Of a DNA stretch of 64,000 nt, positions 36,785 to 50,179 are shown in pieces (the stretch's first letter is position 1; each line of letters opens with the position of its first letter). Origin of the DNA: Octopus vulgaris (lineage: Eukaryota); the NCBI GenBank assembly GCA_951406725.2, contig OX597819.1:40176001-40240000 (forward strand), read 5' to 3'. Below the pieces are notes generated by a model. It saw only the letters and a program-made list of their open reading frames with translations. It searched no databases and was not told where the DNA came from. The position numbers and the translations under genes are program-made.

Positions 36785-37189
36785 GGATCTTTTCGGTTTG
36801 AACGGCAGTTTTTAACATAATTTCTAGATAACTAAAAAAATTTAAACTTCGTATACTGGTAGAATGTGTTTATAAAACATCTTTTTCTCTTGGCTTTATT
36901 GAGAAAATTCTATGGTTTGTAAGATATTTGTTGTTGTTTTTTTCTGCAATTTCAACCAATCAATGACGTCCATTGAGGTAAAAACCATTCTGTGCCGTAT
37001 GAATATGTTCCTCGTTTAAGAAACAGATTGAGTTTATTTACATTTCTGAAGAAAAAAAGATACCCTTCCCCCTAACCCGAAGCCTAAAACAGATTGAAAT
37101 GCAATAGATCGATACTAGGGTCATAATTATGGGTAACAATTTTATATGACACCGCTAGAAAAAAACTGCCGTTCAAACCGAAAAGATCC
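36785..37189. mobile_element. Monomeric MITE related to the arms of 27520-28323
   Basis: TIRs GGATCTTTTCGGTTTGAACGGCAG / CTGCCGTTCAAACCGAAAAGATCC. Confidence 0.85.
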
Positions 37190-37621
37190 GACCATACTCC
37201 TTGTGTAGTGATATGTGACACTAAGAGTTCATATATCTGACTTAAGACGTGAAGGTGTGATTTGGTTGCTATTTCTAACAGGTTACACAAACATGTAAAA
37301 TTCTGTCTTTGGTTCAAGAGACATTTGCTAACAGCATTGTGGAAAAATTGGGCAGAATTGTGAATTACCAAACTAAAAGACATTTAAACTAGATTTAAAT
37401 ATTGGAATTATTGCTGCGTTTCTTAAAAGATTTCTGTGATCGCATATTTGTAATTAAAAATTTCTATCCAAAATTTCTCAGTATTAATAGTACTATTCTG
37501 TGTAAATGAATATTATATTGTAACTCAGTACTTGCTATATTATAGTACTATATTTGAGAGACGAGGAATTATGTACATTATTTACATTTGACAGATATTT
37601 GTCCTCATGTTGTTTGTTGTT

Positions 37622-37669
37622 AACACAAAGTTTCGGCTGATATAACACCTCCAGTCTTCATCAGGTGTT
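37622..37669 (-). ncRNA. Degenerate minimal hammerhead motif
   Basis: aacac-CTGATGA-agactg..cagcc-GAAAC-TTT-gtgtt; stem I aacac/gtgtt; cleavage triplet apparently mutated from GTT. Confidence 0.5.
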
Positions 37670-37721
37670 TTGGGGAAATTTTGAACCTGGGTTCTCATTT
37701 TTATGGTATTTTTCGATGTTA

Positions 37722-37758
<37 letters not shown>

Positions 37759-38444
37759 CATCATCATCATTATTATTCAGGTCACTGCTTGGAATCGGAC
37801 TCTGAATCTTGAGGTATGAATCTACGCCATATGCCCATGCTATATTATAATTTGAACTCATTGATTCCATCATAGGTTCCTTTACATGTCTCAAAATATT
37901 TTTTACTGATAGATATTTTATTTTATTCAATATGTTAAAATTTTCTGAGAATTTTTGTTTGACTTATTTGTAAAGGCAGTGTTTTTCCTTTCATTAGCTG
38001 TTAGCTTCTCAAGTGCTAAGCCAAGTTTAGAATTAGGGTGGATAGCATATATTTTGCTACTTCACAATAAAAAGATACTTGTAACAGAATGGATCTAATA
38101 GTTAGCATTTAAATCAGCCATATCCAGCCCAAATATTCTACAGGTTTCATGTTCAAACCAGCTAGATCTGGCATCTTACACCTACTCTACAATGTCATTC
38201 GGAAAATAAACCATTATACCCTTGAGATCTCAAAGCTATGAGATAATACATGATTAGTTCAGAACAATATAAATAACTATTAAATTTAACAGAGTAATCT
38301 GAATGCTAAAGGGTTAAAATTGGATAAAAATATACTTAAAAGAAGTGCATATTCTTACCACAGTGCATTTCATACGACAGTTGAGCAGTAAAGTACTTAT
38401 ATCTTGGAATCATAATTTTCACGAAAGTTCATAATTGAAACTAC

Positions 38445-38915
38445 TGTGATCATTGACACAGCGGCTATTCGAGTATGATCGTTACCAGTGTCGCCTTACT
38501 GGCACTTATGCCTGTGCTAGTAGGGTGCCAAGAGCACCATCCGAGCGTGATCGTTGCCAGAGCAGCCAACTGGCTTCCGTATCCGTGGCATGTAAAAGGG
38601 CACCATTCGAGCATGATCATTACCAACGTCACTTCACTGGCACCTGTGCCAGTGGCACGTGTAATAAGATTCAAGCGAGGTCGTAGCTAGTGCTGCCTGA
38701 CTGGCCCCCGTGCCGGTGGCACATAAAAAGCACCCACTACACTCTAGGAGTGGTTGGCATTAGGAAGGGCATCCAGCTGTAGAAACTCTACCAGATCAAG
38801 ATTGGAGCCTGGTGCAGCCATCTGGCTCACCAGCCCTCAGTCAAAATCTTCCAACCCATGCTAGCATGGAAAGCGGACGTTAAATGATGATGATGATGAT
38901 GATGATGAAGATGAT
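38445..38915 (+). mobile_element. RTE-family 3' UTR derivative, subfamily shared with 9863-10368
   Basis: Same module array and tail as the 9.9-kb copy. Confidence 0.8.
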
Positions 38916-39109
38916 GCAAAATTTTATCTGCAGCAGGTTCATTTGATAACCAACAAGTCATAACAACTTTTTTAAATATTCAGCTGTCCTTTGTCATTAA
39001 CAGCAAGGTAACAATTGGTTATAAGCTGTTTGTTTGAAGACCGAGAAAACTACTTATAAAGTTTCTGCTTCCAAACAATTAAAGCTTCTTGGGAGATGTT
39101 CAGCAGTTA

Positions 39110-39505
39110 TAGGCGTAGGAGTAGCTTGTTTACGAACCACATGGTTGCAGGTTCAGTCCCACTGCGTGGCACCTTGGGCAAGTATCTTCTACTATAGCCT
39201 CGGGTCAACCAAAGCCTTGTGAGTGGATTTGGTAGAGGGAAACTGAAAGAAGCCCGTCGTATATATGTATATATATGTGTGTGTGTGTGTGTGTATGTGT
39301 TTGTGTGTCTGTGTTTGTCCCCCCAACATCGCTTGACAACCGATGCTGGTATGTTTACGTCCCCGTTACTTAGCGGTTTGGCAAAAGAGACCGATAGAAT
39401 AAGCACTAGGCTTACAAAGAATAAGTCCTGGGGTCGATTTGCTCGACTAAAAGCGGTGCTGCAGCATGGCCACAGTCAAATGACTGAAACAAGTAAAAAA
39501 TAAAA
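39110..39505 (+). mobile_element. SINE family A
   Basis: Reverse complement of the 4.5-kb copy. Further copies or fragments at ~1345-1490, 6838-7110, 7800-8190, 9315-9420, 16940-17283, 25205-25620, 31925-32250, 43565-43880, 44373-44600, 45395-45560, 55075-55235. Confidence 0.85.
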
Positions 39506-40204
39506 TAGTAGTATGGGATAATACTAATTGCAAAGAATGCCACAAACACATCTAAACAATAGTAATGATGGAACTTTTGTAGGCACCATTGTTAACTTTT
39601 ACCATGACACTGGCATTGTCAGTTCCAATAACTAATAGATTTTTGCTTAATTTCTTTTTGACTAGTCATTTTTTTTCTTCATAGTGCCACTTGCACAACT
39701 CATTTTTGAAACCAGCAAACCAAGACACATACACACACACAAATATACATTTAGAAGGTTGTTTGTTATGGTTAATCAGAGAGCCTGGCAACTCACCTAT
39801 ACAACTAAGTACTTTATAGGTGCAAAACCAATGGTCACTCTCTGACTGGTCATAACAAATAACCTATTTTAGAGTGTGCTTCTTTTCCAGATATGAACTA
39901 TTGACCAATACATATATATTTACATCTCATCATTTAATGTCCGTTGTCCATGCTGGCATGGGTTGGACAGTATGACTGGGCTGGCACACTGGAAGGCTAC
40001 ACCAGACTCCAGTCTGATTTGGCATGTTTTTCTATGGTTGGATGCCCCTCCTAATGCCAACCACTCCGAGAGTGTAATGAGTGCTTTTATGTGTCACCAG
40101 GGTGCATTTATGTGACACCAGTATCTGCCATGACTGCAATTTTGCTCAGCTTGATGGGTCTTCTTCTCAAGCACGACATAATGCCAAAGGTCTTAGATAT
40201 TGCC

Positions 40205-40500
40205 TTCATGAGGCCCAACACTCGAAAGGAACTCAGCCACCTTGCCTCCATCAGGCCCAACACTCCAGAGGAACACAGCCACTTTGCCTCCATGAGGACC
40301 AATACTCCAAAGGAACTCAGCCTCTTTGCCTCTATCAGGCCCAATGCTCAAAAGGAACTCAGCCTCTTTGCCTCCATTAAGCCCAATGCTCAAAAGGAAC
40401 TCAGCCTCTTTGCCTCCATCAGGCCCAATGCTCAAAAGGAACTCAGCTACCTTCTCTCTGTGAGGCCCAACACTCAAAAGGAACTCAGCCACTTTGCCTC
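40205..40500. repeat. 42-bp minisatellite, ~7 copies
   Basis: Unit AGGCCCAATGCTCAAAAGGAACTCAGCCTCTTTGCCTCCATC. Confidence 0.9.
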
Positions 40501-40544
40501 AAGAGTACCAACAAATTTGAATCAAACTGTTTTGATCCATATCT

Positions 40545-42770
40545 ATCATCATCATCATCATTGTTTAAGGTCAGCTTTCCAAGCTGGCATGGGTTGGACG
40601 ATTTGACTGAGGACGGGCAAACCAGATGGCTGCACCAGGCTCCAATCTCATCTGACAGAGTTTCTACGGCTGAATGACCTTCTTAACGCCAACCACTCCA
40701 AGAATGTAGTGGGTGCTTTTACATACCACCGGCACAAGGGCCAGTCTGGCAGTACTGGCAACGGCCACACTCAAATGGTGTTTTTTACATGCCACCTGCA
40801 CAGGAGCCAGTCCGGTGGCACTGGCAACGACCTTGCTCAAATATTTTTTCTCGTGCCAGTAAGGCAATGCTCGAATGGTGCTTTTTTCATGCCACTGGCA
40901 CAGAAGCCAGTCAGCTGCTCTGGCAACGATCACGCTTGGATGGTGCTCTTAGCACTCCACTAGCATGGATGCCAGTCATCGAATTTGATTTTGATTTCAC
41001 TTGCCTCAACAGGTCTTCGCAAGCAGAGTTTAGTATCCAATGAAGGAAAGGTACTCATAAGTGGGTTGGTTACACCCCTGGCATAGGTCATGGGTTATGG
41101 TCTCACTTGGCTTGCCGGGTCTTCTCAAGCACAGCATATTTCCAAAGGTCTCGGTCACTAGTCATTGCCTCGGTGAGGCCTAAAGTTCAATGGTCGTGCT
41201 TCACTACCTCATCCCAGATCTTCCTAGGTCTACCTCTTCCACAGGTTCCCTCAACTGTTAGGGTGTGGCACTTTTTCACACAGCTATCCTCATCCATTCT
41301 CACCATATGACCATACAGCGCAGTCGTCTCTCTTACACACCACATCTGATGCTTCTTAGGTCCAACTGTTCTCTCAAGGTACTTACACTCTGTCGAGGAT
41401 GCACACTGACATTATACATCTAGTGGAGCATACTGGCTTAATTCCTTGCAAGCTTATGCATGTCCTCAGCAGTCATGACCTATGTTTCACTGCCATGTAG
41501 CATAGCTGTTCGTACACATGCATCATACAGTCTACCTTTTACTCTGAGCAAGAGGCCCTTTGTCACCACCAGAGGTAAGAGCTCTCTGAACTTTGCCCAG
41601 GCTATTCTTATTCTAGCAGCTACACTTTCAGTGCACCCACCCCCACTACTGACTTGGTCACCTAGATAACGGAAGCTATCAACTACTTCTAGTTTTTCTC
41701 CCTGGAATATGGCAGAAGTTTTCCTCTGCACATTTCCAGTATTTATTGCTCCTGAGCATCTTCCTTTTACAAAAACTATCTTCCCAGTTAGCCTTCCTTT
41801 GATATTGCTGCACCTCTTATGTGTCCATAGCTTACACTGGGCACATCTTATAGAGTTTGTACCTACGCCTTTTCTACGGATCGAGCAGGGCCATCTACCT
41901 GAAGGGATTTGTGGTTTGTCTGCCTTCCTACTTATTAGGACTTTGGTTTTAGCTAGGTTGACTCTAAAGCCCTTTGATTCTAATCATGGCTTCCACACCT
42001 GAAACTTCTCCTCTAGTTCTGATAGTGACTCAGCAATTAGAGCAAGGTCATCAGCATAGAGGAGCTCCCAGGGGCATCCTGTCTTGAATTCCTCTGTTAT
42101 TGCCTGGAGGACTATGATAAATAGGAGGGGGCTGAGGACTGAACCTTGGTGGACCCCTACCTCTACTCGGAATTCTTCACCGTACTCGTTGCCAACCCTC
42201 ACCTTACTGACAGCGTACCTGTACATGGCTTGCACAGGTCTCACTAACCATTCATCTATCCCTAATTTCCTCATTGACCACCAGATAAGGGATTGGGAAA
42301 CCCTATCAAAGGCTTTTTCCATGTGAACGAAAGCCAAGTACAGAGATTTATCTTTGGCTAGGTATTTCTCCTGTAGCTGTCTTACCAGAAATATAGCATC
42401 AGTGGTGCTTTTCCCTGGCACAAACCCAAACTGCATCTCATCTAAACTGACTCTCTCCCTAATTGGGCTATGACCCTCTCCGTGACCTTCATTACCTGAT
42501 CCAATAACTTGATACCCCTGTAATTATTTGTATCTACAGCGTCACCATTACCTTTATAGCAGTTGGCTATTGTACTGCTACACCAGTCATTGGGCATGAC
42601 TCCTTCATGTATCACCCGGTTAACTAGGCTATAGCCAACACCGCCAGATATCTTGAGCATCTCTGCAGTGATTCCTGATGGGCCAGGGGCTTTCCCTATC
42701 TTCATACTCTTAATTGCTTTATCTACCAATGTACTGTCAATTTGGATAGCTGGTCATTCTGTTGGGTCGA
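40545..42770 (-). mobile_element. 5'-truncated, decayed copy of the same RTE family
   Basis: ORF pieces 42442..42729, 41984..42436 and 41480..41731 are near-identical to the 21.5-24.7 kb protein, followed by the 3' UTR and (GAT)n tail. Several stops and frameshifts. Confidence 0.92.
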
Positions 42771-44591
42771 AATTCGGCAGACTCTCTCTCTTTATTGAGC
42801 AAAATATATATATATACTGACTTGTATTTATTCCTAAAAGTTACTAGAAATGTAGTGTCACTGGATTCTTCTACTAGAAGACAACTAAATTTTCTAGTTT
42901 TTGCATCAGAAACCAAATATTCATCATTGTGGAACAAACACATTCTTTACAAAGTTTGCACAATTGATACAATGCAATTTCAATGTGGATACTATTTCAC
43001 TATCAGCTATTTCATTTTAGCAAAAATCTAATCTGTCAAATGAGCAAATATACATTACTAAGTTTTCTTCAAGTATTGAGGTTTCATTATATATTCTTAT
43101 CAAAAAATTAACAGGAATTACTTTAGACTATCTTATGAGTGCTATCTTATGTAGTTTTTACTTGTATTTAAATAAATTTTTATTCTTTTTATTTTTTTGC
43201 AGAAATATTCTTTTACTAACACACAATATTCTACTCTGGTGTCACACAATACATATATTCTCTACATGAGTCACAAATCAGATTAAAAACTGTAGCCACA
43301 TAAGTCATTTCCTGTTTATTAGAATCTCAGTGGTCATTCAAAACAATTAGTCAGGTCAGTCAGTAAAATTCTTTGTGATAAATTAGTGAAGTATTAATAA
43401 AACAGTTAGGCTCCAATAATTTTTTTTTTATGCTATTGTAGAAATTGTTTAATAGCCAGTTTAATTACAAATTAAAAGAAGTGCTAATAACCAGCTCTTA
43501 TATTAAATGATTTGAGGTGGGCAATATTTTAAAGTAGCATTCAATCTCAATAGTTTGTATATACTTTTATCTTTTACTTGTTTGTCTTTAGATTGTGGCC
43601 ATGCTGGGGTACTACCCTGAAGAATTTTAGTCGAACTTATTGACTCCAATACTTATGATTTTTTTTTTTGTGTGTGTGTTTAAGGCCTGGTACTTATTCT
43701 ACTGGTCTCTTTTGCTAAACTGCCAAGTTACAGGGATGTAAACACACCAACACCAGTTGTCAAGTGGTGGTGGTGGTGGACAAACATATGCACAAAGACA
43801 CACAAACATATATATATGACAGGCTTCTTTCAGTTTCCATCTATTAAATCCACCCACAAACCTTTGGTCAGCCCAAGGCTATTGTGTGCAGAAAAGAATT
43901 AGGTGGTTGAGACCACAGGAAATATAATCCAGAAGTGTAGATAAATTAAAAACATTAAATATAGTACACTGACTTTTTACTTTTTTATGTTTTCATGATA
44001 TTGGCGATATTTCTTAAACTAGATACTGAAACAATAAAAACAGCAGCATTTTCAGCTTGTTATTTTAACTCTTTAGCATTTAAGTTGTCCAAATCCAGCC
44101 CCAAATATTCTACCTGTATTATGTTCAGACTGACTAGAGCCAGCCTTTCACACCTTCTCCTGCAATGTCATTTTAAAAGTAAACACTGACATCATTTAAA
44201 TCCTGAAGTGATGAGATAATGCATGATTAATTCCACACATTGTGAATAAATAAGCATTACACTTGACAGAGTAATCTGAATGCTAAAGAGTTAAGGCCAA
44301 GCCATCCAGCCCAGTGGGGCTAGATTTCAATGATATATCCATAAAAAAAAAAGAAGAAAAAATATTTTGTGATTCTTTTATTCTTTTACTTGTTTCAGTC
44401 ATTTGACTGTGGCCATGCTGGAGCACCGCCTTTAGTCAAACAATTCTCCCCCAGGACTTATTCTTTGTAAACCTAGTACTTATTCTATCGGTCTCTTTTG
44501 CCAAACCACTAAGTTATGGAGACATACACACATCAACATTGGTTGTCAAGCCTAGGTGGTGGTGGGGGGACAAACACACAAATACATACAT

Positions 44592-44623
<32 letters not shown>

Positions 44624-44628
44624 ACATA

Positions 44629-45121
44629 CCGTAAATCCTCGAGTATAATCCGTATTTTTTTCCCAAAATTTAAAGGTCAAAAACTCCCTAGTGCGTACTA
44701 TATACGAGGTTAAAAATGAAAAATATTTTCTAAGCAATGTCCGAGTCTCTATTTGCTGTCCAGCAATGTTTATTCAGACGCATTTTGTGATGTCGGACAC
44801 AAAAATACCTTAAGCTAAGCCTGAAAGCAATGAAGTCATAAAAGAATCATCCATAACTTGCAGTAAGCAACATTTATTAAACGTTATTACTGTTATTTCT
44901 TTATTCTCTGCAAACAAAATGCACAAAAAGCTACACGTTTGCATTATGTTATATGTACAATAAAAATAAAGGACGCTACCATATACATTTTTACAAACCA
45001 AGGACGTTATATAGACCTCAACTTAAGTTAGAGGAGGGGTGCATATTATACACAAGTTTTAGGTCTTTCAGAGGTACAGCCTCCTAAAGATCCCCTGCGT
45101 ATTATACTCTAGGATTTACGG
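44629..45121. mobile_element. Tc1/mariner-superfamily (pogo/Tc2-like) MITE
   Basis: TA|CCGTAAATCCTCGAGTATAA...TTATACTCTAGGATTTACGG|TA. Confidence 0.85.
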
Positions 45122-45979
45122 TATATATCATCATCATCATCATTTAGCATCCGCTTTCCATGCTAGCGTGGGTTGGACGGTTCAACTGGGATCTGGGAAG
45201 CCAGAAGGCTGCACCAGGCCCAGTCTGATCTGGCAATGTTTCTACGGCTGGATGCCCTTCCTAACGCCAACCACTCCGTGAGTGTAGTGGGTGCTTTTTA
45301 CGTGCCACCGGCACAGGTGCAAGGCGGGGCTGGCAAACGGCCACATGGTGCTTTTTACATGCCACCGGCACAGGGGCCAGGTGAGATATATATATATGAT
45401 GGGCTTCTTTCAGTTTCCATCTCCCAAATCCACTCACAAGGCTTTGGTCAGCCCAAGGCTATAGTAGGAGACACTTGCCCAAGATGCCACACAGTGAGAC
45501 TGAACCCGGAGCCACATGGTTGGGAAGCAGACTTCTTACCACACTGCCACTCCTACACCTATGACGATGTTAGCATTTTGCAATTGTAAAGCTATGGATC
45601 TGTTTTTTTCATAACCACAGCTAAAAAGTCTTCCCAATAGCACACGAATATCAAGCAATGTATTATTAATTACAGTTAATGAGATTGTAGTTTATTGCAG
45701 CTCCTCAAACTGAAGAACCAACTGGTTGTAATGGTTGATGTGAATCATCAATATCATCATTTAATGCCTGTTTTCTATGCTGGCATGGGTTAGATGGTTT
45801 GGCTGGAGGTGGTAGGCCAGAGAGCTATACCAGGCTCCAGTCTATTTTGGCTTGGTTTCTTCAGCTGGATGCCTTTTGTATTTCCAGCCAACCAATCTAC
45901 AGAGTGTACTGGGTGTCTTTTACATATCACTGGCACACCCAGGTCATAAAACAATCAACAGATAACATTACACTAAATT

Positions 45980-46775
45980 ATTTCTTTAAATAGATGGTCA
46001 TTGATAAAGGATAAGAGGTAAACAGAGAGAAAGAAATAGAGAGATGTGAAGAGAGGCCAGACTAATGGTTATCAACTTATGTAGTGAAGATAGATGTCCT
46101 GCCGCCAATAAAAGGCTTTTGTTTGATGGTCTGTAGATCAGCTGTAATACATCTTTTATCGCCAAGACATCTACCTTCACTACACAAGCTGATAACTGTT
46201 AGTCAAGCATCTCTTACCTATTTTTTCACTCTGCCTTCCTCTTATCTTTTATCTATGGCCATCTATTTAAATATTTGTTTTGCAAGATTTTTTATGTGAA
46301 ATCGTGTGTTGAAACAGATATTGTTGTATTTAGGAATGGTCATTTTGCCAGTTTAGCCAATAAAGTAGGTGTAAACACATGAACAAAATAAAAATAAACA
46401 AAAACAAAAACAAATAACACGAACATATATAAACAGGAGATACAAATATTACAGGCATTTCCCCACACACACACACACACTAACTAAACAAAGACACACA
46501 GAGATATACGCACGCGCAAATGAAGACACATACAATAGAAACACAAAATGGCTGACCGTTAGTAAGGAGAGACATACAAATAAGAAAGAAGAAAGCAAAG
46601 GACCACTGATGCGGTCACAGGAGTGTGACGAAAGAACTCTGGCCAAAATAAGATTAAGATTAATGTAAAAAATAAATAACGCTGAAGCAAAGTAACACCA
46701 AATGTATAGTACGTGTGTTTTTATTGGCTAAACTGGCAAAAATGACCATTCCTAAATACAACAACATCTATTTAA
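45980..46775. repeat. Compound inverted-repeat region
   Basis: Palindrome ~45985-46272 centred near 46130; second pair 46312-46365 / 46720-46775; a related rearranged piece lies at 14521-14620. Confidence 0.75.
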
Positions 46776-47051
46776 AGAAATAATTTAATGTAGCATTGTC
46801 TGTTGATTGTTTTATGAGAAAAAGACATTTGAAATGAGTATATTTTCACTCTCATTTGCAGCTGAAATGCGAGAGTCAATCCATATTCCATACATATGTA
46901 TTTTTCTCCAAAACCAAATTTTAAATTTTAATTCACCTGAAGAAAATGTTTTTTTCATGATGTAATCAAATTATTCATCAATAAAAAACACATCTGAAAC
47001 AGCTGTAGTGAACCATACCTCCATTTCTGTATAATATGTGTGTGTGTAGAT

Positions 47052-47252
47052 CAGTGCTTTTCAAACCTTTTGCTGGAGCGGAACCCCAAGGAAACATTCC
47101 ACTGGCTCGAGGAACCCCTGTGCAATAATTTAATAGTCTTATGAACACATATCTGCACAGGAGAATTAAAAATTACTGCCGATTTTAGCAGTTTTGTAAC
47201 TTCTTGCGGAACCCCTGCACTGTACTGGCGGAACCCTGGTTGAAAACCACTG
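47052..47252. mobile_element. hAT MITE
   Basis: TIRs CAGTGCTTTTCAA / TTGAAAACCACTG; perfect 8-bp TSD GTGTAGAT; internal GGAACCCC motifs. Confidence 0.9.
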
Positions 47253-47369
47253 GTGTAGATAGATATAGAGAGAGGAGAGGAAGGGAGTTAGACATTTCAT
47301 AAACTTGAAACTAGATCAGTATTATAAAATACTCACTGAAAAGAGACAGTATATGCACATGCCTCAAAA

Positions 47370-47700
47370 AGTATCAGGGAATGACAAACTGACCTTAATT
47401 TGGGATATGCCAATTTACAGATAGGAAGATCAGGGCAAATCAACTGGATATTGAGGATTATCAACATAAGTGCCCCCTTGATCGATGTATCAGTTCATAA
47501 AGACAAAAATGTATCTCTAAAGAAAATGGAGAATCTATCCAAATATATATAAAGATCTGGAAATAGAGATAACCAGAATGTGGGACTTGAAAACAGAAAT
47601 GATCACTATAATAGATGCCCTAAGAATAATTAGAAAATAACATGCTGACAAATAATCTAAGACCAGAGCTTATATATATACAACATAATAAAAATAGCAT
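47370..47700 (+). mobile_element. Second decayed R4/Dong-like endonuclease fragment
   Basis: LIWDMPI..DRKIRANQLDI..LIDVSV..KDLEIEITRMWDLKT, frameshifted. Confidence 0.6.
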
Positions 47701-48359
47701 TTACCCAGGGCACAGAGGCATGCATTCAGCTGTCTGATGAATGTACATAATAAAAATGATTACTGCTTCAGGCAGAGCTTTTATAACCATGTGCTCATTG
47801 TGATGTCATTACAGGTTCAAAGTGAAACATAGGAATATACACTAACAAATGGGTGTTATCCTGAAACCAGAGTGAGAAATCTTTTCACATAAGGTTTCAT
47901 TTTGGTGGCACGAAAAATATAGTATTTTTGACCTTTCTCTTGATGTAATCCATTTTTTCAGTGTTCTTGCTTCCTATAGGTGGGCTGGATGTACATTGAA
48001 TCCTAATATCGATTTATGATTTGTTTTTTTTTTATTCCATACCTTATGACCAGCATCATGTATTTGAGTTTTTCTTGTCAACTCTTAGTTTATTTCTCCT
48101 AAATGTAATATGTTGACTGAATAGTTCCTTTTTTTTGTCAAAAGAGAGTGAAGCATTATTAAATCTCAGAATGAGATGTAAACAGTAACCGCTCGACAAT
48201 GTAAAGTATAATAGCCATCTCAATATGGCTAACCACAAAGGGCTCATTCTGAGATTTAATAATGCTTGCAGACAGTTTTTCGAAATTCAGTGGCAGGAAG
48301 TCACTAGAAAAACTCATATATTTGCATACAGGCTTTCTCTTTCATCGTGATCCGGTGAT

Positions 48360-48406
48360 TACCGCCCATTGATAAGAGGCAATAACCTCGAAACCGCGGT
48401 CCGGTG
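48360..48406 (+). ncRNA. Degenerate minimal hammerhead motif
   Basis: TTGATAA-GAGG(caataa)CCTC-GAAAC-CGCG-GTC-cggtg: perfect stem II, palindromic stem III, two core substitutions. Confidence 0.5.
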
Positions 48407-49667
48407 CGTATCACTTAGGCTTACAAGAAAGGGATGGCCTCCCTTTGCAAATACCATAAGGAGCTGGAGATGATGATATCCTGTGGCTAAAAAGCTACAG
48501 TAACAACCCCCTTTGTGGTTAGCCATATTGAGATGGCTATTATACTTTACAGAGTGAAGCATTTGAAGTGAAAATAACGTTTTAAAAAGATTTACAATGA
48601 AGACAACCTAAATATACAACTTATAATTTCAAATTCTGGCATAAGACCAGTTTTACATTGACCCCAGTGCTTAAATAGTACTTATTCTAATGACCATCAA
48701 AAAGATCAAAAGACAAATTTAATCTCAGAAGAATTTGAACAAAGAGTGTAAAGAGCTGAAAGAAATGCAGCTAACCATTTTGCCCAAGGTGTGAATGATT
48801 CTGCCAGTTCACTACCCTTATAGGAATATAATGAATTTTTATGATTATACTGATGAAGCTAAGCCTGGCTATATATCATCCAACTGTATTGAATGTTATT
48901 AGAAATAATTCATCATTTATATCTATCTGTGTATCATACATAATGCAAATCACATCACAAAAAGCCAAATTAACTGTGGTGTTCATCCAGAGATAATATT
49001 TCTTATGAACACACTATGTTAAATAAATTTATCAGTAGCAGAAGAAAATCATCCATCAGCAGTGATAAGAATTCTGGATGCACATTTCTGCTTTTTGAGG
49101 TCTGTCAGTAGGATGTACTCACTGGCAACTGATGTTAGTGTACTTTTAATGTGGCACTATCACCAGTACTTTTTACATGTTGATGCCATGTTAAAAGCAT
49201 TGGTGCTGACACCACATAAAAAGCACACAGTACAATAACTAGAAATATATATTGCTATCACAACAGTATTTAATGTCATAAAACATTTACAACTCATATC
49301 AACCTTAGCCGTTGACACAACAGTTGTGTAATTTAGACATCAACTCTGATTAAACAGATCTTTGATCAAAGGTATTCTAGCCATGACCATCCTGTCCTTT
49401 TGTGCACCAAGAGCTATATTCTCAAATTCATTTATGGCTTTTTAAAGAGAGCAGGGTGTAATTTGAGAGATTTACCTGTTACTGTCAGCAAGTCAAACAA
49501 CAGTATAGAATGGGTCAGCAAAAGGTGGGCTATGGTCCATGAGTGGAACACTGAAGTACTCGCTGTAGGCAGAACCTTTACAAAACAATTTTCAAATTTA
49601 AAATGTTTGTAGTACATTGAGCAGTTGATAGTCTATTGTCAGTGACCTGTAAAATAAACCCAGCTTA

Positions 49668-50179
49668 CCGTAAATCCTCGAGTATAATCCGCATTTTTTC
49701 CCCAAAATTTAAAGGTCAAAATCCCTAGTGCGTATTATACACAAGGTTAAAAACGAAAATTATTTTCTAAGCAATGTTCAAGTCTCTATTTGCTGTCCAG
49801 CAATGTTTCTTCAGACGTATTTTGTGATGTTGGGCACAAAAATACCTTAAGCTAAGTCTGAAAGCAATGAAGTCATAAAAGAATCATCCATAACTTGCAG
49901 TAAGCAACATTTATTAAACCTTATTACTGTTATTTTTTTATTTTCTGCAAATAAAATGCACAAAAATGCTACACGTTTGCATTATGTTATATAAACAATA
50001 ATAATAAAGTACGTTACCGTATACATTTTTACAAACCAAGGACATTATATAGACCTCCTTGACTCAATTTAGAGAAGGGGTGCATATTATACACAAGGTT
50101 TAGGTTTTTCAGAGGTACAGCCCCCTAAAAATCCCCTGTGTATTATACTCAAGGGCAGACTATACTTGAGGATTTATGG
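49668..50179. mobile_element. Second copy of the pogo/Tc2-like MITE
   Basis: Colinear with 44629-45121; TA flanks. Confidence 0.85.

Noticed and set aside
40081-40606. Repeat-protein gene (IRPNAQKELSLFAS)n
   Set aside because: Open frames follow from a 42-nt period; no splice signals; embedded between RTE pieces.
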